Source: Azolla caroliniana (taxonomy: Eukaryota > Plantae > Polypodiophyta). Taken from it: a DNA stretch of 64,000 nucleotides. The notes beneath the pieces are model-generated. The model saw only the letters and a program-made list of their open reading frames with translations. It searched no databases and was not told the DNA's origin. This document shows positions 10,287 to 21,286 of the stretch, piece by piece. The stretch covers positions 248,001 to 312,000 of the forward strand of contig JBHGNT010000015.1 in NCBI GenBank assembly GCA_043228905.1, in the 5' to 3' direction. A program made the translations under genes and the position numbers. The first letter of the stretch is position 1. The number at the start of each line of letters is the position of its first letter.

Positions 10287-13200
10287 GGGATGCATGGTGA
10301 GCAAGCTTGTGCAGCAAGCGAGCATGAACGAAACTCTACTGATCGTTTGAATCCCCCCTGTGGAAATACGGGCCCACAGAATGAGAGTAAAGTGAAAGAA
10401 CTAAAGTTTTTCAATAATAAGTTTGGCGTGTGCCTGAAGGAAAACCGTGAAAGAACAAGAATTATAGACCAAGGCACCGATGCAAGAAAGAAGCTCGTGA
10501 ATGAGGGAGACGACTTAGGAATGCAGCCTATGGATCACACTTCTACATTATCCGAAGGAGAAGTGGAGAATCTAGAGCAGAAAGATTTGTCTTTGACAAG
10601 GATGATTAACCCTACAGATCAAGCTTCTACTTCATCTTATCCACAATCTCCCTACAGAGAAGTGAATTCCTCTGAGCAGAAAGCCATAAATCTAGAAGAG
10701 AAGGAGAAGAAAGTCCTGGAAAAGTCAGTTTTTGAAATTGACAATGGTGTATTTACTAGTACACAGGTGATTCATTACTGGCATAACAGTGCCCTTGCAT
10801 TTCTAGTTTTCCTTTTGCGCCAAGTTCTATATTTTGATGTATTGTTTACAGACTACCACATCTTTCCATTGCAACCTGAAAGGCAAAATAAATACTTCCA
10901 CAGAGGATCCAAAGGCGGGCAAGGATGAGCTCGAAGACCAAATATCGGTAACTAAGGTATTGGTTTGTCTAGTGTTCCAGTATTCTTGCACTTGTTTATC
11001 AGATTCACCCATTTTTTGCATATTTTCTTCATATGGTAATTATGATGAACTTATGGTCTCATGAATATGGGTTCGCGAGAAACCCTCATGAATGTTTTTG
11101 TTGCTTGATGAATGGGCAATATAGAAGGCTCAATCTCAGTATCCTAATTTATGTATATTTAAGAGCTTAAGATTATAACATAACACGTGGTAGCCAATGG
11201 ACCAGGTCAATAATGCGAATGCACACAAATGAAGCAATTAGACAAGTAATGAATGTGTTTATGATCCGCGAAAAGCTGAATCAATTGTCGAGCTCATCTA
11301 GTTTAATACAACAAAAGATCACTAAGATGCTAGCTGATAAGGTTGTGTTGTTATAGAAGGTACCATAAACTTTGCATAGGAACAATATGCGAATCAAAAG
11401 GTTAGAAGTTAAAGCTGAATCAATTGTCGAGCTCGTCTAGTTTAATACAACAAAAGATCACTAAGATGCTAGCTGATAAGGTTGTGTTGTTACAGAAGGT
11501 ACCATAAACTTTGCATATTAACAATATGCGAATCAAAAGGTTAGAAGTTACTATTGTGTGTTAAAAAGTGGTGTGCATGTAGCTCAAAGACTAGAACATT
11601 GGTAAAAATATGTTGAAACTCATCAATGTTTGAACCCAGTAATACTTATGAGTAGAATATGTTCCAAAGAACATAAATAGCCTAAATACATTGGAAATGT
11701 TTTTGAGTCATAAACGAATTGAATAATTTGTAACAAGTAGTCATGTCATTCTATGATCAATCATTGAAGAGGCACATCGATCTCTACTCATATAGAACAT
11801 AGATGAATCATATATGTCTATTGAATTTCTATTATATACTTAAATCAACCTCAAAATACCTTCAGTAGTTCATAATTATCTGTAAGTGATGCATACACCA
11901 CAAAGAGTTTTTAAGGTATGTTTGTGGGCTCGTTAAGCTAAAGTATGTAGAAAGGTGTAACCAAAATTGAATTCATCAATATTTGCTTAAGTATTACATA
12001 TGTCTATGTGTCTTGCATTATCAGGTGGGGACAACATTCAACGTAAGCTCAGCTCCTCATCGGATAAGTATATAATTAAGCCAAAACAGACTCTTGCAAT
12101 GCATGCATTAATTTTTCTTGTGTTTTTTAAGTCATCTTGTGGGGATATTTAGTTATTGAGTTTACACATGCATGAGCTAAAAACATTTTATTCTGTTGAC
12201 AATAATAGAATTTCTTACCAAATTTCCAACGGTATATTCACATCAGATTAATACATGAGCATACATATCTCTATGTTACCTCTTAGATTCTATTCAACTA
12301 TATTAATCTAGTGTCTCACAACTCTGAATAGTAGAGCATAATAAGATGACTTGCCTGGCTAACTAAAAGATCAGATAGCAGTAGCAACTATTGAACACCA
12401 AGGTGAAGGGCAATGAGTATCATGAACAGGTAATTGCAAGCTTTAGCATCAATGACTAGCACATGCATCCAGCTGTTGATATTAATAATAAGTATAAACA
12501 TATGTGCCGATCATCTTGCAGTAGAGATGTGCTAGTAATGATCAATTTTAACCTCAGAACTGGGAGATATCTACTGGCAATTGTCAATTAAATGTATGTG
12601 TGAAGATCACTAGTCGTCAGGCAGAACCAAGCTGACTGCACACTGAAGCACGCTGGCCATGTGTGGCAAATACTGATTTGCTCAATCTTTTTTCTTGTAA
12701 TTGAATTATCCTAGCTGTAAGCTATTACACCATCCACACAAGTCCTTGGGTTTAAACTTCAAAGTTCAAATTTCACACATCTTTATTATACCTTATATTT
12801 CTTCCTGATTTTCTAGATTCAACTATAGACCGTAGGGGTTGAATGAATGACCTTCTAGCTCTGTTGGACAACGTTTCAAATTGGGCTACAACTGTCAGGC
12901 CCAAGAACTCTCTCGCTCTCTCTATTCATGCACTCTGAGAATTTACAATCCGTGGTCTCATTGGAATTGCTTCAAATGTTACAGATATCAAGAACCAAGT
13001 GCTCAATTTGTATCCACTTTTTAGGAAAACCCACAAATTATTATCATTTTTAGGTATAAACTTTTGTTTAATATGCTATACCTTGGTTCGAGCCCTGGTT
13101 AAAACGTGCTAGAAAGTCAAAGTGGGTTACAAAGTTAAAAGTGATATGGAAATTATTGGATTTGAAAGGAGGATGGAAACTTCTAGAAGCTAGACGGAAC

Positions 13201-14329
13201 TATCATTATTTTTGACCCTGCTATCCTCTCTACAGGAGTTCTGTATGCCCTGAAACTTTTAAACCTTAGCAATGGCATTTTGAGATTGATAACAAGTTCC
13301 CAAATGCATTCACTAATGTAGCTGCCTCCTTTCAATTTTCAAATAAACAAGTTATTCAAGTTCCCCTTGGGGGATAACAGAAATGATTGAAATGACCAAA
13401 TTATCTTTCCTATTGTACATCTAACCTCATCGGAAGGTTTTCCTGCCATGCACTTGGCCCTATATAGCTCATAGATTGCAATCTGTCTCCCGTGGACATT
13501 AAAAGATATCTATATACCTATCCCACCTGTAATATGTTGTGTCACTAAGAAAAGATGTATTGACCTAAACAAATGTGGATTTCATCTGATGTATAATTTT
13601 TACATCCATTTCTAGCGTGACATGCTTTGGACGTCTCAATTTTTAATCATAATGTGTTGATTTTATGATGTGCAGCTGCGTCCACCTATGGAAATATATA
13701 TAATTTTGGATTTGAATGGGGTACTCATTAAAAGATGGGATAAAAATCCCTTGTTACCTGGCATTTTTAGAAAGACAAAGAAATGGATTCAGCTTCGGCC
13801 CGGGTGTATCGAATTCTTGGAGAAAGCATTCTCCTTTTTCCAGGTGGGCATTTGGTCAACAATGACAACTATAAATGTTCAAAGCATTTGTGCTCTTATA
13901 GAGCAAGAAGCACATAAAAGTCTGCCCTTTTTCATGATATGGGGCCAAGATTCATGCTATCAACATAGTGGCCTACATAGGCCTGATAAAGCTCATGTTG
14001 CGGCTGATTTCAAGCCCATGTCACTGGTTTGGAAGAAATTTCCTCATCTAGGTTCCCATAATACTATTTTAGTGGATGACTCTCCATATAAGGCCTGCAT
14101 GAATAATCCACACAATTGTATTTTTCCGGATGCCTTTGATGGCTGCATGGAGGACACATTCTTGACTGATGTGTTGTGGCCATATCTCGAGAGCATGCGG
14201 ATGTCTTATGATATACAATCTTTCATTTCAAATAACCGGCTAGGCCAACAATCAATAACAGTTGGCCATGAGTTGTATAACCATGTTAGGCGTGTAATGG
14301 AAAGAAATTGGATTAAGTTAGATATCTGA
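10287..14329 (+). CDS. FCP1/NIF-type HAD-superfamily domain protein (DLNGVL subtype), probable 3' exons
   Basis: 13676-14329 encodes IILDLNGVLI...RPGCIEFL...VGIWST...WGQDSC...NTILVDDSPYKA...P. Putative upstream phase-0 exons 10287-10766 and 10852-10956 have AG/GT borders; their linkage to the domain exon is inferred. Confidence 0.65.
11272..11549. repeat. Tandem duplication, 2 x 139 bp
   Basis: aaagctgaatcaattgtcgagctc...ggttagaagtt at 11272-11410 and 11411-11549, only a few mismatches. Confidence 0.95.
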
Positions 14330-16204
14330 AGGAAGAGGCACATATTTGGTGCCATAATTGGAGAGGATTACCTTTCAACATTATACAGCTTACAACAATC
14401 TTATGCATTACAAACTAAATACTTTTGCACATCACATTTTAGAGGAGAAGGTCACTTTACTGCTATTTCTCTTTCGGATTTCATTATTGGAAGGGTTTCA
14501 CAATGCTTGCTGCCGCACCAAATTTCAGGATAGCCGAGAGGCCTTTGAATGAATAAAAATGTATGAAGGTTAAATTGGTGGTTACTAGAGCTGGTGAAAC
14601 CAAAAGAATCATTGCCTCTGAAGATGTGGATTATCCCAATGTTAGGTCAAATGCCCTTAATGTTTTGGTTATTTGTGGAATACAAAGATACCCTGCTATA
14701 AATTAACCATGATTAATTACGCAATTGAGCTGAAATTGAAGGGTTGCTATGAATTGCAATTTTATAAAGTTGTTTGGTGTCAAGCTTGGATGAAAATTAC
14801 TTGGTAAACACAATGGCAATGACAAAGCCAGTTTTAAATCAATAAAAGGTATTATGAAAAGCTTTACAAACTTCTTTATCACACAAGGTAAATATGGGTA
14901 TACCTAGTGTCGCATGATATGAATGTGTTAATATAATTTGCCATGATGAATTTTGGAATAAAGAACTTTAACTTTTAAGTCCCTTCAAAAGATTGCTTTG
15001 TATGGTGATGAAATTGATATTTTGATTGCGTGTCATTCATTGAAGTGGGAGCATGGAGTTTTTATGAACATAGGCTATTCTTAAGGCTGTGAGGGGGATC
15101 CAAAATGAAGGAAATAGTAAAAATGGAACCTTGCAAAAATTATTGTACTAATTAGGAATTACAATACCTATAATTGAACTACAAACATATCACGCGATTG
15201 AAACAATACTTTTATGTTTGACCTAATACTTTGACAACCTAGTAATGGTGGTAATTAGACTACGGGTAAAGATAGGATTGGTTAAACATGACAAATGAGT
15301 TGCATTGTTTAGTGCATTAGAAATAGATATTCTAAAGATAGAATTAGACTTGACGCGTGACTCTAGAGTCAACGCCAATGGTGTAGACAAAATTGAGTCA
15401 TAAATGCTCTCGACTATCATCATATTGGAGGGAGTAAATAGGAGGAAGATAAGGGTGCTCTTTTAGCTTCTTATCTTGTGTGTCTTGTTAATAACCAACT
15501 TAATATCATATCATATAGTTACGCTAATGTCATGGAGGTGTATAGAGATAGTTGTATCAAGTTGTTGGATGCAAAAGGATATACTTAACCACGCTTAGAG
15601 CACTTGCACTTGTACATGTTCTTGCGCTTGCACGCACCCATCCAGGCGCGCGCGCGCACCCACCCACACACAGTGATGGGCTTTTTCGCCGCCATGTGCT
15701 CAATATAGAGCTCCTAAATTGCAATGCACAATAGAGGGCCATATCTTTTTCGTCACCAGAATATCAAAGAAATGATAGATTCTCTTTAGCCTGAGAAATA
15801 TATCGAAGGAGCCATGTGGCATGTGGTGTTATTATGGTAGGCCTCATAGGGAGGAGGGGTTCATAATAATTTTTTGTTGGTTGGAGGTTCGCCGAAGACG
15901 TAATGAGCCCGATAGATACATATGTACATATTGTTGCCCACTAACGCTACATCTCTACATATACACACTAGTAGAAGTAGTGGTATGTGTGTACATAGTT
16001 GATTGCTATATGTACATATATGTACATATCGAATCAAGAGCTTCCTCCAATCTGATATGCACATAGTTAGTTAGTTGGCTTAGGGCTATATATCATATGT
16101 CCGTCTGTCCATAAACTCAAAAGCTTCTTCTTTCCTCCCAACTTCTAGCTACGGCTCTGTAGCCGCAGCCACCGACGAAGAAGAAGACACATACTCCCCC
16201 CCCC

Positions 16205-16208
16205 AAAA

Positions 16209-16243
<35 letters not shown>

Positions 16244-16293
16244 AGCAATAAATAAAGCAATAAATAAAGCAATAAATAAATAAATAAATAAAA
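16205..16293. repeat. (AAAT)n / (AATAAATAAAGC)n microsatellite
   Basis: Direct reading. Confidence 0.95.
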
Positions 16294-17469
16294 TCTTTTT
16301 CTCTCCCCTGTAGGTAGCAATGGGCACGGTTTCGGCTCAAACCGAACCGAACCGTTAAACCGTGGCTTAACGGTTTATCGGTTCAAAATTAAATAATGAG
16401 TTTGGTTTGGTTTAAAGAATGAAAGTTCGGTTTGGTTTCGGTTCGGTTCGGTTTAACATTTATCGGTTTATCGGTTTATCGGTTTATCGGTTTTATCGGT
16501 TTAACGGTTTCTATTAATTTGGTTCGGTTTATAGGTTTATAGGTTCTTACCCTAGCCCTAAATTTTCAATTTTATAAATTATACCCTTCCTAAATTTTCT
16601 ATTTTATAAATTATACCCTTCTTATTTTTACTATGGACCTAATACTAGTTAGTAGTAGTAAGTACATACTACATACTACAAACTATAGGGTATGATACAG
16701 ACAGTCTACAGACACAACTATCGAACAGACACACTGTGTATCTACTGTTAACTACAGACAGACACAATTATCGAACAGAAACACAGGCGGCATTGTGCAG
16801 GCTGAGGCGGCAACCACCAATCACCACTTCATTGCTCTTCAGACTCCAAACTCTCCATAACACAGGTATGAATCATGATCCATAACACAGGCTGAGACAC
16901 TCCAAACTTTTTTTATAGATGTGTGGTTTGCATATATGAGAATATGGGTATGTGAGTTAACGTGTGTGCATACATGTGAGAGAAGAGAGATTTGTATGTA
17001 AGCAAATATGAGATCAATACGAGTATGTGAGTTTATGCTCGATTGAATAATCAGTAATATATGTATATGTATGTGTTTGTGAGCGAGTATCTTGAACTGG
17101 TATAATGTTTAAATCTATACTGGACTCCTGCAACTATGTTCTCTTTCGAATACTTGTTGCTTATCTCGAATAGCTTCAACTATGTTCTCTTTCGATATTT
17201 CTGTGATCTGTTTTGACATGATCTTAATGTACACCAATGCTCGTTAGATTTTCATTGAAAGGAATAATATTTCTTGGAGTTCTCAGTCCACGCTATCTGA
17301 CTGAAGGAGTATCAATTGTATATGCTGAAATTAGAACACCTGCAAATACACCTGCAAGAACATAACTAACTTAGAAAGACTGTATCATTATATTATAAAG
17401 TACTGAAAGTCTTCACCATTCATATCAAACATTGATGTTCATTGCTCATTTTCTGAGCCATTAAGATTG

Positions 17470-18025
17470 CATGTTTATTGTTTATTTTCTGGGTGGAGTA
17501 AACATAGATGATCATTATTTATCTTCAGAGTAGAGTAAATATGGTTATCCATTGTTTATCTGGTTATTGATGTTAACATAAATGCACATTCTATATTTTG
17601 TGAGTAGAAAAACATGGATATCGAGTATTTATGTGGTGAATGGAGCATTTTAAACATGGACGTCCATTGTTTATTTTGTGAGCAGAGTAAACAATAACAT
17701 CTATTATTTACCTTATGAGCATTGGGGGCATGAGTGTCAGTTGTTTATCCTGTTAGAAAATATGGATGTCCATGGATTATCCTGTTAATGAGAGTAAACA
17801 TGGGTATCCATTGTTTATTTAATGATTGGAGTAAAGTAAACATGGATGTCCAATTTATCTGGTGATTAAGGTAAACATGGGTGCGCGGTCATGGGTTAAC
17901 TTGACAACTTGGATTTGCATCGTTTATCTTGTGAGTAGAGTAAACGGTGGTGTCCATTGTTTATCTGGTTAGTGAAGTTAACACGAATGTTTTATTGAGT
18001 GATTAGAGTAATGGGCATGTCTATC
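17470..18025. repeat. Degenerate array of about 15 x 37-bp palindromic units inside the hAT
   Basis: Consensus approximately TRGAGTAAACATGGATGTCCATTGTTTATCTTGTGAG; units start near 17494, 17531, 17568, 17605, 17641, 17683, 17720, 17754, 17788, 17828, 17867, 17936. Confidence 0.85.
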
Positions 18026-18171
18026 TTTCTATGTTTGCCATTGGACATAATGGTCGTTTTACTGTTCTTAGCTAACTTAGCAAACTTTCTACTTCATTTA
18101 TTTTTCTCATTATAATGTACATATTTGAAATGTGCTAATTGAGTTAATTGAATTTTATAGGACACCATAAA

Positions 18172-20384
18172 ATGGAATCATCATCTCAAATTGATGCTGC
18201 AATGAACTCATCTTCATTTGATGTTAGTCGTGGGTCAACAAGTAGCTCAAGAAAAAGGCTACGCACATCATGGACAGATGCTCACATCATATTTTATATG
18301 GATAATGGCACACCTCGACGACGATGCCATCATTGCCATGTTTGTTGGTCTTCTACAACATCCACAGGCACTATAGCCAAACATTTAGCAGAAAAGCATC
18401 GTTTATCAAGCGACCCAGACCAAAATTCAGGTATATCACATCACATTCAATCTTCAATTGAGTCAGCTAGAGTATCTCATGTTTTAGAGAAGAAAATTGA
18501 TGCTGCCATCGTGAAGTATATTGTGAAGGGAACATTGCCCCATGCACATGTGGAATCACCTGAATTTAAGGAATTCATGCAACAAATTGTACCTGGATAT
18601 CAAGTAAAGTCAAGACGTACAATTAAGCGTTCTATCCTAGAAATGTATGTGGTGTTGCGTCGTCAGGTGATAGATTTGCTATCAAAATGCCAATCAAGAT
18701 TTTCCATAACATTTGATGGTTGGTCAAATAGTAGTTTGAAGGGCTTCTACTCAGTGACACTTCATTGGGTATGTCATGAGACAGCAAGGTCAAGGTCAAT
18801 GTTATTGGATTTTGTGCATGTATTTCCAGGTGTTGGATCAGGGAAGCGTTGTGCACATGCCCTTTTTGCTCGACTTCGATCCTTTGATATTTCTAGTCGA
18901 CTCTTAGCTACAATTTTTGATGGAGCGAGTGATGCACAAGTAGCTGCAAAAGAGTTGAGCATGTTGTTACAAGATGAGCATGGTAAGGAAATTTTGGCTC
19001 CATCACATATGTTAAGATGTATGGTTCACACTTTTCAGTTGGGTATCAAGGCAGCATTAGAGGTTATCTCACCCTCAACAGAAAAGTTGAGAACAGTGCT
19101 CCATACTATTAGATCTAGCAAGGTTCGAAGGGAAGTGTTTAGGAAGTATGCTAGGATGGTTGAGCATCATGAAAGGGAACCCCCAAGGCTCGATGTTGTT
19201 ACAAGATGGAATTCTACCTTGGAAATGTTTAGGCAATCTATCAAAGATAAAGATGTATTGAACTTTACAATTTCAGATTTAACAATATCAAGTGATTTCA
19301 ATGGTAATGTCTTGACCAGAGAAGATTGGAGTCACATACATGCCATGGCGGAATGGCTAGATACACCGGCCGAGGTTTCTACTTTTTTGGGAGGCTCAAA
19401 ATATCCTACATTATCACTAGCATCGCTAGCATATAATTGTTTACTAAATCATTGCAATCAATTTTTAGATTCTTCGCTTCCAGGATCATCTAGATTTACA
19501 CAAGAGGTGCTTCAAAGAGCATCTGAGAACTGCTTGCAATATTTAATTAAGTATCAAGAATCGTTAAAGTCTATTCCATCTCGCATAGCAATGTTTCTTG
19601 ATCCCAGGTAATGCTTACCTTTATATCGTACAATTATCATCATGATTTCTGATTTTTTATTTGAGTTTAAAACCGTTTTATTTGTTTGATAGATTGCCTC
19701 TTCCAAATAATCATACAGAAAGAGAGTTAGATATTAAGTTGGTTGAAAGCATGATTGAGTCCCACTATCACTCGTTCTCGAGTGATGTTGAACCACGTTC
19801 GGCTTCAACCACAATACATGAAAATGATAAGAACTCTAAAATTTGGACGTTAATGGGTGTAAATAATAAAAGTCTTATTTCCGATTCACAGTCAGAAATT
19901 CAGCACTTTATGAGACTTCCTTCGGCTAGCACGGATAAGGATCCTTTACAATGGTGGAATGAAAATAAATCGGCAATGCCTTCACTATATAGGATGGCAT
20001 GTGATTACCTCAGTATACCAGCATCATCAGTACCTGCTGAAGAGGCTAATTCGGCAGCAAAAATGACCTTTGATAATAGGATAAAACTACATTCATGCAC
20101 TTTCAAAGCTGAAATGTGCGTTCGATCATGGATGAATGTTTTAAAAGAATGTAATGTTCAAATGTTAGATAATTTTCACATCAGTTATGCGGAACTAACA
20201 ATGAATTTGGATGATCTTGTTGCTGAAGACGAGGTAATAGATTACATATCGCATGATAGTCAAAGGAAGATTAAGGTATGCATACTTGTTACTTGGTTGT
20301 TTTTTGTTTGAGTCTTTACTTAAAGTTTTATTAATAATTACTTACTTGTTTTTATGTATTTTATATGTACAGGAATCATGTTGA
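18172..20384 (+). CDS. hAT transposase, about 676 aa, exons 18172-19607, 19693-20275, 20373-20384
   Basis: BED finger (CHHC...HLAEKH), catalytic D in TFDGWS, D in IFDGAS, CxxH (RCMVH), TRWNS, FLDPR, dimerisation domain (DPLQWW...MACDYLSIPASSVPAE). GT-AG introns preserve the frame. Confidence 0.9.
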
Positions 20385-20599
20385 TTTTTGACATGTTAAC
20401 GACAATAGTGGTTGCAATTGGAGATCTTCAAAGTCATTGTAATTTTTATTACATGTTGTTTACTATTTTGTTTTTAGTCGATTCTTTAAATTTGTTATTA
20501 TGAATTACTTAATTCTTTTGTATATTTTATGCTTTCAGAAATCCCTTATTCAAATATTGGAAACAAAAAGCTGGATTAAGTCCTATGGTCCATGGATTT

Positions 20600-20762
20600 G
20601 GAAAATTGGAACTCTATTATATGGATTGTTGTTCTTAATTGGAAAATTGGAACTCTACTGAATGGAAATTTGGAACTCTATTGTATGGAATTTCGGAACT
20701 CTATTGTATGGAATTTTGGAACTCTATTGTATGGAATTTTGGAACTCTATTGTATGGATTTT
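20600..20762. repeat. Minisatellite, about 22-bp unit GGAACTCTATTGTATGGAATTT, about 6 copies, in the hAT 3' region
   Basis: Direct reading. Confidence 0.9.
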
Positions 20763-21286
20763 TGTTATCATTCCAAAAAACATTTATCTTTTTATGTAAT
20801 ATCTTATCATGTTTCACAAATTAACAATTTTCAGAAAATGTGTTGTGAATTTTTGTTATTTTATAGTGTTATAGTCTTTGATTTGGTACAATTTATTGTT
20901 TCGTGTTGGTTGGATTATGTCAAAACCAATTTGGTTTGGTTTGGTTTTGATGTTTGATACACTGGTTTGGTTTTGATTTTTGGTAAACCGGTTCGGTTTG
21001 GTTCTACATTTTACATAAACGGTTTGGTTTTAAATGGTTTGGTTTCTCATACCTATTAAACGGTTTGGTTTAAATGGTTTGGCTTAAATAGTTTGGTTTA
21101 AATGGCTTCAAATTTTTTAAATGGTTTGGTTTGGTTTTTTTTATGAATAACCGGTTTGGTTTGGTTTGGTTTGGTTTCAAGGTCAAGAAACCGAACCGAA
21201 CCGAAACCGAACCGCGCCCATTGCTACCTGTAGGCTGTGTGACCTTCTTCCCCGTGCTGAGATTAATCTTAAGAGTTTTAACAAAA

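Larger units (their letters stand above)
16315..21226 (+). mobile_element. Full-length hAT DNA transposon (4912 bp)
   Basis: TIRs TAGCAATGGGCACGGTT and AACCGCGCCCATTGCTA; perfect 8-bp TSD CCTGTAGG at 16307-16314 and 21227-21234; dense AACCG/CGGTT/GGTTT subterminal motifs at both ends; internal transposase. Confidence 0.97.

Noticed and set aside
14330-15100. Coding-like sequence after the FCP1 stop
   Set aside because: Stops in all frames I read and no recognisable domain.
15350-15380. Palindrome tgactctagagtca as a possible Helitron 3' hairpin
   Set aside because: No properly spaced CTRR terminus, no 5' TC end and no Rep/helicase sequence identified.
16117-16340. Hydrophobic ORFs (FIYL repeats) and similar ORFs at 20592, 26873, 41193 and 46140
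   Set aside because: Translations of microsatellites or minisatellites, not genes.
17470-18025. CRISPR-like appearance (37-bp palindromic repeats)
   Set aside because: Units are head-to-tail and degenerate with no unique spacers, there are no cas genes, and the context is a eukaryotic transposon.
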